In this document: piece by piece, positions 38,489-47,290 of the stretch
Layout: every line of letters starts with the position of its first letter
How positions within the stretch are numbered: position 1 is the stretch's first letter
Origin: a virus
DNA: 64,000 nucleotides
Direction: 5' to 3' (one strand)
Virus record (IMG/VR): IMGVR_UViG_3300027969_000001
Location: 32,001-96,000 of that record
Notes under the pieces: generated by a model
Seen by the model: only the letters and a program-made list of their open reading frames with translations
Database searches by the model: none
Told to the model about the DNA's origin: nothing
Translations under genes and position numbers: made by a program

Positions 38489-38755
38489 CCAGAAAAAAGC
38501 GAGAGAACTATGAGTTCATATGTAGAGCAATACGCTAAATGGTTTGACATGCATGATATGGACTTCGAAGCAACCAATCGCTCAGGGGTATGGGTAGTGA
38601 GTGCATGGAGTAGAGGCATGGCATCATCACTAGACGATGTGCCATGGGGGCAGAGCGGTCAATGTGACTCCCTTAATGAAGCACTACTGTATTGCTACAT
38701 GGACACCAAAGAGTGGATGCGTAAGTACAGAGGTACTACGTCACCCGTGGCATAA
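38468..38755 (+). CDS. Hypothetical protein
   Basis: ORF track. Confidence 0.4.
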   Translation: MPVLYGHPEKSERTMSSYVEQYAKWFDMHDMDFEATNRSGVWVVSAWSRGMASSLDDVPWGQSGQCDSLNEALLYCYMDTKEWMRKYRGTTSPVA

Positions 38756-38764
38756 GAAATCGGA

Positions 38765-39166
38765 CTAACCGTTCGCCTCAGGCTGGTCGTCATGCCACAC
38801 GCCATCAGGCCACGATGACTGGGTATGGACGCCATACTCAAATCGACCGAACAGTTCAGTGCCTCGCCAAGCGTGCCTACAGCACGGCTCTTCACCATCT
38901 TCTCTTGACACCACATGACACGATGGTCCTACCGTCTCTCCCAATAGAGGGAATACGGCAAGGAACTTCGCAACACAGTCATGACACATAATCCACTGAC
39001 GAGGACGTCTATCGCCTAGTAGTACAGGCATGTTGTCATCGAAGCCACCATAGTAACCAAAGGTGTCGAAGGGTAAGACCCAACCATTATCAGGGTACAA
39101 CTCCTGTTGAGTGCATGGTACTGATGTATGGCATGCTGAACAGAGCACTGTGTTTGTTGTGGTCAT
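38765..39166 (-). CDS. Cys-rich hypothetical protein
   Basis: Two CxxC motifs; GYYGGFDD. Confidence 0.6.
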   Translation of the reverse strand: MTTTNTVLCSACHTSVPCTQQELYPDNGWVLPFDTFGYYGGFDDNMPVLLGDRRPRQWIMCHDCVAKFLAVFPLLGETVGPSCHVVSREDGEEPCCRHAWRGTELFGRFEYGVHTQSSWPDGVWHDDQPEANG

Positions 39167-39185
39167 GATGTGGGTACTTATCTAT

Positions 39186-39437
39186 CTAGTGTCTATGCAC
39201 GGGGGTTGATGAATCTTTGCGCCACTTCATCATGTTGTAGGCATGTGTTATCCACCACATGAGGGACATGGCTATGAAGCCGGGCTTATCATGACTGATG
39301 CTGTACACAAACCATGGCACGCTATGTAGTAGGACAATCAACCATCCCCACCAATGCAGGCGTCCAACGGCGAACATGCCACATACACCTACTATCTCCA
39401 TTGCGAAGAGGAACCAAGTCCATCCTGTATCACCCAT
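39186..39437 (-). CDS. Small Trp-rich membrane protein (PnuC-like hairpin)
   Basis: WWGW...W..Y pattern; 3 TM segments. Confidence 0.6.
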   Translation of the reverse strand: MGDTGWTWFLFAMEIVGVCGMFAVGRLHWWGWLIVLLHSVPWFVYSISHDKPGFIAMSLMWWITHAYNMMKWRKDSSTPVHRH

Positions 39438-39630
39438 GGCTACCCGTGGCTGTTGCGTCGATGTTTGAGCGAGAGGGTCTAAGGGCTTCGACCACCTGAA
39501 TGAGCAACGTCATTAGGTGTTGGTCGGCATAAGGGTGAGGGGGATTAGTACCTAACGTCCTCTTGTGTTCATTGATGAAGGTGTCAAGAGCGTCGTGTTG
39601 ACTACCTGATGAGGCATGTGTGGTATTCAT
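39430..39630 (-). CDS. Hypothetical protein
   Basis: Directly after the promoter at 39639. Confidence 0.5.
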   Translation of the reverse strand: MNTTHASSGSQHDALDTFINEHKRTLGTNPPHPYADQHLMTLLIQVVEALRPSRSNIDATATGSHG

Positions 39631-39688
39631 TGACTGTGATACTACACCAATAGGTACAGACCTACACGGGGGTCGTCAAGAAAGGCGA

Positions 39689-40069
39689 TTACTTGATGAA
39701 GCCATTAGACGTCATCCTTATCAGTGATGAGTAAGCGAACTGCCTTCGCTCGGTCACTTCTCTCAACGCCCTCTCTCTGTATGCCTTATCCATTAGGGCG
39801 AAGGACGTTTCAGAGATGTGTATGTCGAGCTCTCTCTCTGCGTCAAGCATGAGCGAGTTGAGGCTGAACTGTCCATCGGCTGTCATAGGGGTGACGTTGT
39901 GTTCAGCACAGGCATCAAAGACCTTAGTCATAAAGAGAGAGGCGAGATGCCAACGAGTCAACTCCTCGTGCTTAGAGGGGTGCTTCTTCTGTTTACCACG
40001 TCCTACTAAGTAGGAAGCGATGGTCTTAGAGAGAGACGATGTGTCAACGTAGAAGGCGATAGGTGTCAT
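39689..40069 (-). CDS. Hypothetical protein
   Basis: ORF track. Confidence 0.5.
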   Translation of the reverse strand: MTPIAFYVDTSSLSKTIASYLVGRGKQKKHPSKHEELTRWHLASLFMTKVFDACAEHNVTPMTADGQFSLNSLMLDAERELDIHISETSFALMDKAYRERALREVTERRQFAYSSLIRMTSNGFIK

Positions 40070-40567
40070 GAGATAGGCACTCTATCACTACTAGGGGTAT
40101 CGGTCCCTGTTATCGCATCGGGTCATCGTGTATGTGGATGAGGTGATGTGTGTGCAAAAGCGTACCTATTAGGCACGCTTCTACACGATGTGAGGGTATG
40201 GAGGTGAAGGATGAGGGAGGGGAGGGTGAGATGGGGTTGAGGTACGGGGGTACATAGAGGGGGACTTATCTATCTCAACACCCGTAGCCACCCGTAGCCT
40301 TGCGAAACGTGTTGGGTCAAGGTGACGAGGGCGAGGGGGTAAGCGATGAAGGGGTGTGATGGTTACCTCATTAGACAAGGGGTACGTACCCCTATCTCCA
40401 TACGGTGTCATCCTTCGTTGCCCCTGCCTCGGGCGTTACTGATAGCACATCAACGAACGAACCATGTGACAACAAGTCGTGCACCAACATGATTGCTTCA
40501 GCTTCTGACGTTGGTCTCTCAAGGTCATTGCGTTTACGTATTGCGATAGTCAATCGGTATGTATCAC

Positions 40568-40795
40568 TCATGCGTTACACCATACACTCTTAAGCATTGC
40601 GGATACGGCATGCGCTTGGGCGTGTGTAACACAAGGTATGTGACGAATGATGTGTGTGCCTGAGGGGTGCGATAACCACACCTCTACTGATGTGTCTATT
40701 ACATTGATGAGCATTACGTTGTGTGTCATCACGAGTGTTGTGAGGTCATCATCACTATCAATCATGCTGTCAATCGTTGGAGTATTTATTGTCAT
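40568..40795 (-). CDS. Hypothetical protein
   Basis: ORF track. Confidence 0.4.
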   Translation of the reverse strand: MTINTPTIDSMIDSDDDLTTLVMTHNVMLINVIDTSVEVWLSHPSGTHIIRHIPCVTHAQAHAVSAMLKSVWCNA

Positions 40796-41147
40796 AAGAG
40801 TAAAGTACTCTAAGGGTGTATCACGGGTGATACAACACGAAGTGACGAATGATTGTCATGAGGTGATGTGGTTGGTATCGTCTCTCACCATGCTTGACAC
40901 AACCATCGTCTCATTCGTCCTCGTCACGGCGTGCGCTGTAGCCATGGTGGTGGGGCTGAGGTCACTCAAATAAAAAATGTGTATAGGGTGCACTCCCTGT
41001 GGTGGGAGGCCCTAGTGAGCCCCGCAAACTTTATCGGTATCCCGTACCCGGGTGGGTAGCTACAAATCAAAAAATAGAGCTGGCTGTTGTTTGTTTAAAT
41101 TTATCCAAAGTTATGTGTCGTGCTTGTCTTTATGATGGTGGTACGAT

Positions 41148-41372
41148 GTGCTGATGTTTGATGGTCCTGTGAAGCCTGCGTATTTGGCGTTTGTGGCCGG
41201 CGTCGATGAGGCGTTTGTAAGTTCGGGTCTACGATATGGGCAGGTGTACTTCAATCGGTTGTGTGAGGTGGTTCCAGAGGCTGCTGAGAGGCTCAGGGGG
41301 ACCAGTAGTGACCCCTTCTATTCTGATGAGGTGTCTGATATCACTCATGAGCTTGTTGAACTATTTTTTTAA
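41148..41372 (+). CDS. Small phage protein (RYGQ..FN.L...DPFY motif)
   Basis: Motif pattern. Confidence 0.55.
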   Translation: MLMFDGPVKPAYLAFVAGVDEAFVSSGLRYGQVYFNRLCEVVPEAAERLRGTSSDPFYSDEVSDITHELVELFF

Positions 41373-41815
41373 TTTGTTTGTTTTTTATTAGTTGTTTAGA
41401 TATTGTTTCTGGCATGTTCTGGTTATGGTTCTCCTTGTTTGTTCTCTGGGTGTGGTTCGTCACCGCAGACCAGTAATTGTTACTCCTTACACTGTTTTGT
41501 AACCCTTATTGATATTTCCGCAGGTATTGCGTGGATGGCTCATTTGAAAGTGCCGGCGATGAACTTCCCTGAGCTTTTTGGACCCCCTCTAAATATCAAC
41601 AAACGGGGCATTACTGGGATAAATTTACCCAAATTCTAAAAATTTTTTTGAAGGTTTCTAACCCTTTACTAGTAAGGCTTTCAGAGCCATATTTGGGGTC
41701 TCGCGGGGGTGGGGGTGCCCGCTCCGCAGGTGGTGACTGTATAATAGTTGGTACCCCGAACGAGGGCGCTCGCATACTACAAGAGCTTATTATCCGCCTA
41801 TGACAGGAGAAATCA

Positions 41816-42817
41816 TTGTCTAAGTACCGTCGTTTCCTAACATCCCTTTTAATTACATCTTGCGTTTCCGTAAGTGTTGTTGACGCTGCGGGCGTCAAGA
41901 CTGGGGGTGATAGTTCAACAACGAGTACCTCAGCGGTTTCCGTAATCAACCCTGCTGTGCAGAACAAGGTGAACGTGATGGCTGTCAGCACAATGCATCC
42001 CGAACTAGTGGTTCAGCTACGTTCTAAAAAGGGTGGTTCCATCAAGTTCTGGGAGGCTGTCTCCTGGTGTGAGACTAACCACAACTGGGAAAACGGTGGA
42101 TATTTCTCTGGCGGTTTGGGAATGGCTCAGTCTGTCTGGGAGGGATATGGCGGACGTCAGTTTGCTTCCCGTCCACCTAAGGCAACCAAGGAAGAGCAGA
42201 TTATTGTTGCGAACCGTATGGCGTTTTTTGGATATCAAACAAGAAATGTATTTCGTACGCTTGATGACAAGCTGAACAACAGGCCTTTCTTTCGCCCAGC
42301 CGTTGGTTGGCGTAACTCTAGTAACTGGGGTAGGACATGTGTTAACTGGAAGACCCGCAAACCTACGCGAGATAGATACACCGAAGCCGGAATGACTGAG
42401 TGGTTAAAGACGCGCCCTAGTAGTGAAACAAAGAGTTCTGTTCCCTCGGGAAGCGTTAGTAAATCAAGCGTGTCATCCACGGTTAGTCACTCAAGTGACA
42501 AAACTAAAAGGTGCCCCAAATGGGAAGCTCAGTTACGCGCAAATGGCCTTGTTCCAGTAGATAGGTTTTCTTATATTATGTGGCGTGAAAGTAGATGCAC
42601 CGAAAAGGTTGTGTCTAAATTAAACAGTAACGGCACAAGAGATTACGGCTTACTGCAGATTAATAGCTCATGGAAAACAGTGACTGCACAAGTGTGCGGT
42701 TCTAAGTTTGGCGACCTAAAAGTGTTGTTGAATAGCAAGTGCAATTTAAAGGTTGCTCGTTACTTGTTTAATAACGGTGGGGCTCATCACTGGGCTAGTA
42801 ATTCAGGCAGTAACTAA
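41816..42817 (+). CDS. Secreted two-domain muralytic enzyme: Rpf-type transglycosylase plus SLT/lysozyme-like domain
   Basis: Signal peptide; WEAVSWCET..W...GGLG...W..YGG...EEQI.VA; RES...DYGLLQIN...W. Confidence 0.85.
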   Translation: MSKYRRFLTSLLITSCVSVSVVDAAGVKTGGDSSTTSTSAVSVINPAVQNKVNVMAVSTMHPELVVQLRSKKGGSIKFWEAVSWCETNHNWENGGYFSGGLGMAQSVWEGYGGRQFASRPPKATKEEQIIVANRMAFFGYQTRNVFRTLDDKLNNRPFFRPAVGWRNSSNWGRTCVNWKTRKPTRDRYTEAGMTEWLKTRPSSETKSSVPSGSVSKSSVSSTVSHSSDKTKRCPKWEAQLRANGLVPVDRFSYIMWRESRCTEKVVSKLNSNGTRDYGLLQINSSWKTVTAQVCGSKFGDLKVLLNSKCNLKVARYLFNNGGAHHWASNSGSN

Positions 42818-42860
42818 ATACATAAAGACATGTTGATTCAGGATAAATTTATCTGAATAC

Positions 42861-43064
42861 TTATTGTTTGTTTCTAGTTAGTTCTAGGCCCATGGAGTGA
42901 GCGAAAGCTCTAGCTTCATCGGGGGAAATAAAAGAACCAGCTCTATATGAGGTTCCATTACGCAACCTCAGCAGAATCCATTCATCTACATCAGCAAGCT
43001 TCATTACGTGAAACGAATCTTCGCCTTTTATTTTTATTCCATCTGAAGAGAAGTCGTAAGACAT
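42861..43064 (-). CDS. Hypothetical protein
   Basis: Operon context. Confidence 0.5.
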   Translation of the reverse strand: MSYDFSSDGIKIKGEDSFHVMKLADVDEWILLRLRNGTSYRAGSFISPDEARAFAHSMGLELTRNKQ

Positions 43065-43067
43065 TTG

Positions 43068-43545
43068 TTATTTTTCCTTGGAGAGGATAAATTCAGCTAA
43101 AAAAGCGGCAGCGTCTGCTATCTCTGCTGGTTCTGGGTCGTGTAATAAAACATTAGACAGGTGAGACGCTAGTGTATCCGCATCACGGAGAGCGTCGTTT
43201 AGCGCAGTGCGCGCCTCAATAAGCTCTAGCTTTAAGCTGAACGCACGAGACTCTGCATCTCTTAGTGCTTTTTGTTCAGGACTGCTTGGTACTGAGTGTA
43301 AATTTTCCAAATTTGTCTCGGCTGATTGTTTCATCTTTTTTTGCCATTTCTTCATATCTATCAAGCGTCCAAAAGACCCTATGCCAATTCTTCATGCTTG
43401 AAGAATCATCTTCCAATACCTTTATAGCATGAGCAAGTTGGTGCGCAATAGCTTTCCAGTCTTGGCCCTGTATGTTTTGGTTATTAACTATGGTTGTCAT
43501 TAGATTCGCCTGTTTTTTCTGCTTCAATCCAGACCCTGGCCCCAC
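43068..43545 (-). CDS. Hypothetical protein(s): two overlapping ORFs (43068..43364 and 43276..43545)
   Basis: ORF track; boundaries ambiguous. Confidence 0.4.
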
Positions 43546-43711
43546 ATTTATCTGGAGTTTCTGACTGGACTACCGTTGCTGCAACATTATTACAATGTGG
43601 ACATACTATGTCAAGCGTTCTCTGATGCTTTGAACCCTTGTATGTTCTATCAATGATTGCAGCAAGACCTTTTTTAATGTTTTGCTGATGAACGTGAATG
43701 ATGTGTTTCAT
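43484..43711 (-). CDS. Conserved small phage protein (IHV.Q...CGARVWIE)
   Basis: Motif pattern; ATGA coupling. Confidence 0.6.
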   Translation of the reverse strand: MKHIIHVHQQNIKKGLAAIIDRTYKGSKHQRTLDIVCPHCNNVAATVVQSETPDKCGARVWIEAEKTGESNDNHS

Positions 43712-43902
43712 TCTTCGTCAGCGTAATCTTCTAGATTACAAATGATTCTTTCTTTCTCTTCCTCTGTCATGAGTAAAGACTTATCACTCACTTTGTAAAC
43801 CCACTCACCATCTTCTCGCATGTAGATGTCAAGAAGTCCAGCTTTGACCATTAAGCCAAGGTCCCTTGCAAGCTCTTCTTTTCTATAAGTCTCATCACTC
43901 AT
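43708..43902 (-). CDS. Small wHTH-like protein
   Basis: GLLDI....GEWVY; similar to 2853..3086. Confidence 0.55.
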   Translation of the reverse strand: MSDETYRKEELARDLGLMVKAGLLDIYMREDGEWVYKVSDKSLLMTEEEKERIICNLEDYADEE

Positions 43903-43929
43903 TTGTTTATTCCTTTTTATTACTATTAG

Positions 43930-44003
43930 TGGGCCCTCTGGGACTTGAACCCAGGACTGACGGATTATGAGTCCGGCGCTCTAACCAACTGAGCTAAGGG
44001 CCC
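43930..44003 (-). tRNA. tRNA-Ile2 (anticodon CAT, lysidine type)
   Basis: Cloverleaf GGGCCCT...GACTCATAATC...GTTCAAGTC; resembles bacterial Ile2 rather than Met. Confidence 0.8.
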
Positions 44004-44017
44004 GTATTTTTTCTTAG

Positions 44018-44090
44018 TGGGCTAGACGGGGATTGAACCCGCGACCGCCATTTTATAAGAATGGTGCTCTTACCGCTGAGCTACTAACCC
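44018..44090 (-). tRNA. tRNA-Ile (anticodon TAT)
   Basis: Cloverleaf; anticodon arm CCATT-CTTATAA-AATGG; T-loop GTTCAATC. Confidence 0.85.
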
Positions 44091-44096
44091 TAAAGG

Positions 44097-44435
44097 TTAG
44101 CTGTATATTCGCCAAGTGGTATTCGTTTCGGGGTCACTATTTCCATCCCAGTAGGTTGGTATTTCTCCGAGAATAGTAGCTGCGTTATGTATGTCTAAGT
44201 CCATTTTGGGCAGCTCTGTGTCTAGCTCAGCAAGCCATCCAGCGGCAAAATAATCTTCTGACCGTGCAGACATTACTTCCGGCATCCATGTTTTTATGAT
44301 TTTTGTTAATTGCAAATTTTCTGCATTAGCTTGCGAAAGTTTCTCCTCAAGAAAATGACAATGGTCAACCCAAAACTTGAGAGCTCTACGTTCTTCTATC
44401 CGTTTTTGTGCTGGCGGAAGGTCGGGCATTTCCAT
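44097..44435 (-). CDS. Hypothetical protein
   Basis: Operon context. Confidence 0.55.
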   Translation of the reverse strand: MEMPDLPPAQKRIEERRALKFWVDHCHFLEEKLSQANAENLQLTKIIKTWMPEVMSARSEDYFAAGWLAELDTELPKMDLDIHNAATILGEIPTYWDGNSDPETNTTWRIYS

Positions 44436-44436
44436 T

Positions 44437-44778
44437 TTATTTTTGCTCCATATTTGAAATGGCTTTATTCATTCCGTCAACTATCTTGGCCTTCGATAGG
44501 CCGGAAGAAGTTTGTACTTTGTCAACGAAATTACCGTCTTTAAAAACTAGTAGCGCAGGTATCGACCTGATTTCAAATCTTGCTGCTAATTCAGGAAACG
44601 CGTCTACGTCAACCTTCGCAATAGAGAAAGAGTCATTCATTTCTCCTGAGAGCTCGTCAATAATCGGCGCAATCATTTTGCACGGTCCGCACCATTCGGC
44701 CCAGAAGTCAATAAGTACTGGATTTGTTGATGATTTAACAAATTCATCAAAAGTTTCGGAAGTTAGCTGAATAGTCAT
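44437..44778 (-). CDS. trxA: Thioredoxin
   Basis: DFWAEWCGPCKMIAP; SIP. Confidence 0.95.
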   Translation of the reverse strand: MTIQLTSETFDEFVKSSTNPVLIDFWAEWCGPCKMIAPIIDELSGEMNDSFSIAKVDVDAFPELAARFEIRSIPALLVFKDGNFVDKVQTSSGLSKAKIVDGMNKAISNMEQK

Positions 44779-44808
44779 ATTGCTCCAATTTTTCTAATAG
44801 TGTAGGTG

Positions 44809-45261
44809 CTAATCATACTGAGGGTTAGTTAACAAATCAACTACGTCGGTTTCCATTATCAGAAAACCTTTTGCTGGGTTATCTGAACCACCGAAGTTTC
44901 GTTTCGTTGCATCGCTGTATTTGTTTTTGTTAGACCGTAGATAATTTTTAAGGCGAGAAACGGAAATTACAACGAACGCATTGTCTGGCGAGTATACGTA
45001 AACCCACCACTTTGCAGTAGTCACGTTTATTCCACTTTTGACCCACACTGGGGTGCCCTCGGAATCCTTAATTCCACGTGGATTTTGTTCTGTCTCAACA
45101 ACCATCCGGCCGTTTCTGTATCTATCAGATTTAACCTCAAAAGCTCCACCGGATAGAGCGTCTAAAAAACCTTTTATGGTTTCTTCGCCGGCTTCGCCGA
45201 ACTTTAAGTCTTTTACAAAGTCAAAAGTTCTTCCTGGTATGTCGAACTCTTTAGATGTCAT
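44809..45261 (-). CDS. PD-(D/E)xK-like nuclease-fold protein
   Basis: G..GE, FEVKSD, VE, SGI..T.A.WW. Confidence 0.6.
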   Translation of the reverse strand: MTSKEFDIPGRTFDFVKDLKFGEAGEETIKGFLDALSGGAFEVKSDRYRNGRMVVETEQNPRGIKDSEGTPVWVKSGINVTTAKWWVYVYSPDNAFVVISVSRLKNYLRSNKNKYSDATKRNFGGSDNPAKGFLIMETDVVDLLTNPQYD

Positions 45262-45265
45262 TTTT

Positions 45266-45514
45266 CTACTCTACAAAGTCAGAAGGATTTTGCAAAGATA
45301 TTCTAACGAATATTTCTTTTGAGACTTCATTAAAGTCAATAACTTCCAGCCCCATGGACTCGACCAACCTTTCGGCTAGGTCTTCAATAGAGAACTTGAG
45401 TTCGGCACCAGCTATGGTATCTATCTTGTTGAAGTCCGTGAATATGAGAATAGTGTCCACTATCTGGTCGATTATTGCCAGTCTGGCTTCATGGGAAAAT
45501 TTATTCTCTGTCAT
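45266..45514 (-). CDS. Hypothetical protein
   Basis: ORF track. Confidence 0.5.
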   Translation of the reverse strand: MTENKFSHEARLAIIDQIVDTILIFTDFNKIDTIAGAELKFSIEDLAERLVESMGLEVIDFNEVSKEIFVRISLQNPSDFVE

Positions 45515-45576
45515 GTTGACATCCTACACCCATGCCGATAATGTGTACATCAGTCCCTAGTATGGAGGAAAGAAAT

Positions 45577-46071
45577 ATGAATATGGCACCAGTCACTATT
45601 GTTGGAAATCTCACAGATGAACCACAATTGACCTTTACAACGAACGGTCAGGCACGATTGTCCTTTTCCGTAGCAACAAATCATGTCTGGTATGACCAGA
45701 GCAATGAAAAGCAGGAAAAGGCAAGTTACATCAACGTAACTGCATGGCGTTACCTCGCAGAGAACTCTGCTCGTACCCTTGAAAAAGGAATCGGCGTTGT
45801 TATCTACGGTCGCCTTGAGCAGCGCTCATACGACGACAAAGAGGGAAACAAGCGTTCCATCGTTGAAATCGTTGCAGACGAAATCGCCATCGCAACCAAG
45901 TCTCTTGAAACAATTGAGCGCCGCCGTGGAAACGGTGGAGAAGGTTCTGCCGCAGGAGCTCCTGCACAGCGCTCAAATCAGCAGGGTGGGGCACCTCGCC
46001 GCAGCCGTCCAGTTACCGCCAGTGCTGGCGTCTCAGGCTCCTCTAACGAGGGAATGGATGAACCCTTCTAG
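45577..46071 (+). CDS. ssb: Single-stranded DNA-binding protein
   Basis: VGNLT..P.L, GRLEQRSY, acidic DEPF tail; GGAGG RBS. Confidence 0.95.
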   Translation: MNMAPVTIVGNLTDEPQLTFTTNGQARLSFSVATNHVWYDQSNEKQEKASYINVTAWRYLAENSARTLEKGIGVVIYGRLEQRSYDDKEGNKRSIVEIVADEIAIATKSLETIERRRGNGGEGSAAGAPAQRSNQQGGAPRRSRPVTASAGVSGSSNEGMDEPF

Positions 46072-46092
46072 GTCCTCCTAAGGAAAACTTAA

Positions 46093-46135
46093 GAAGCGCT
46101 CGGGAACCAGAGATGGGGAACGAGCGCTTTTTTTG
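46093..46135 (+). terminator. Intrinsic terminator after ssb
   Basis: AAGCGCTCG/CGAGCGCTT plus T run. Confidence 0.7.
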
Positions 46136-46227
46136 TGCGCTAAATTATTTTATAAGAATGTTGTCATCTTTAAAAAATGCTACTAATATCTAAACAACTA
46201 CAAATAAACCCATTGAAAGGGGAATAT

Positions 46228-46476
46228 ATGTCAGAGTATGAAAAACTCAAGCAAAAGGGAATCATGAGCCGAGGACGCCCTCGCCATACTCCAGAACAAC
46301 AAGAACAGTCTCGTGTTCTTAACTCGTTCAGACAAGAAGCACGCCGTAGGGCTCACCTGGTCCTCAAGGAGCGCCACACTGAAGAGTTCGAAGAGATTTA
46401 TCTTGCGGAATTAAAAGACCTGCAAAAAGCAACTCGTCAAATTCGGGACAGAGTTAAGACTTCTCGGAAGAAGTAG
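46228..46476 (+). CDS. Basic protein with RGRP (AT-hook-like) motif
   Basis: AAAGGGG RBS before MSEYE. Confidence 0.6.
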   Translation: MSEYEKLKQKGIMSRGRPRHTPEQQEQSRVLNSFRQEARRRAHLVLKERHTEEFEEIYLAELKDLQKATRQIRDRVKTSRKK

Positions 46477-46633
46477 ACTCTTCCTCGTCTTCTAACTTTT
46501 TACGCTTCTTTGAATGTTCATAGATAGCAATTAAGTCCATTTTATTCTGAAAACTGTTATCGCGCATTAGTCCATCTAGTGCAGCAGCTTCACCAAGCAC
46601 TTTTATATCTGCGTCGGTATTGAAGGTTGTCAT
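46454..46633 (-). CDS. 59-aa hypothetical protein (below the track cut-off)
   Basis: TAATG coupling with the upstream ORF. Confidence 0.4.
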   Translation of the reverse strand: MTTFNTDADIKVLGEAAALDGLMRDNSFQNKMDLIAIYEHSKKRKKLEDEEESTSSEKS

Positions 46634-46809
46634 TATTCTTTGCTTCCTCGATTGGGGCGTTTATAGACACGTTTTTTGGAAGCACCAAATTCAACATCCA
46701 CCCAGTCGTCAAAGTCTTCATAGTCTCCAGGACTGCTTTTTACATAACGCTCATAAAGAGACAGTAATTCGATGTATTCGTCGTCGTCTTCGTCAAAGCT
46801 GCGTCCCAT
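46633..46809 (-). CDS. 58-aa acidic protein (below the track cut-off)
   Basis: MGRSFDEDDDEYIELL...; directly after the 46812 gene. Confidence 0.45.
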   Translation of the reverse strand: MGRSFDEDDDEYIELLSLYERYVKSSPGDYEDFDDWVDVEFGASKKRVYKRPNRGSKE

Positions 46810-46811
46810 GA

Positions 46812-47060
46812 TTATTTCTCTTTAGGCTGTTCGTCGGGCTGCATGAAGGCTTGTTCAAATTGAAACATCTCTGCGGGTTCTAAAGAGTAGACCCATGGAT
46901 GCTCGTTAGCTATTTTCCTGATAGCAATATTTCTTTCTGGCTGTTCTTGTGGAACATTGAAATATTTAACTATGTCGACAAACGTTTCCAGTCCTGGTAT
47001 GTCTAGTCTTACGGACTTTAACCAGTCTGCGTTTTCTGTATTGTTATCTATGTTTGTCAT
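46812..47060 (-). CDS. Hypothetical protein
   Basis: ORF track. Confidence 0.55.
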   Translation of the reverse strand: MTNIDNNTENADWLKSVRLDIPGLETFVDIVKYFNVPQEQPERNIAIRKIANEHPWVYSLEPAEMFQFEQAFMQPDEQPKEK

Positions 47061-47098
47061 AAGGGTATTGTCAAAGTCTATATCTATACGGTGTCAAG

Positions 47099-47290
47099 TT
47101 ATTGGAAAGATTTATTGGGCTCTTCAACCATGTCCCAGGAACTCCTGGACAATAAGTCGTCCACGTTTACATCAATTCTCTTCCCGTTGCCCATGATTAC
47201 ATAACCAAGGCGTATCTTTCCGGAGATGGTTTCTTCTTCTGAATCAACAAACAGCTTGTCGTTGTCCCTTTTTGCTATTAGTTTGTTCAT
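47099..47290 (-). CDS. Hypothetical protein
   Basis: GGAGG RBS; ATGA coupling. Confidence 0.55.
   Translation of the reverse strand: MNKLIAKRDNDKLFVDSEEETISGKIRLGYVIMGNGKRIDVNVDDLLSRSSWDMVEEPNKSFQ

Larger units (their letters stand above)
13409..39665. promoter_or_regulatory. Family of 21 near-identical promoters GTAGKTYYGWACC-N8-TAnnnT
   Basis: Minus: 13409, 15531, 16492, 17959, 19386, 19919, 20872, 21697, 23161, 24374, 25149, 39639. Plus: 25420, 26203, 28149, 29091, 29671, 30176, 30553, 31095, 31690. Each points into a downstream ORF. Confidence 0.85.
10576..40273. repeat. Box A: dispersed, oriented AATAGATAAGT motif (about 65 copies by hand count)
   Basis: Reads ACTTATCTATT on + mostly at 10.5-25.2 kb and AATAGATAAGT mostly at 25.4-33 kb; one further copy at ~3714. 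Confidence 0.95.
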
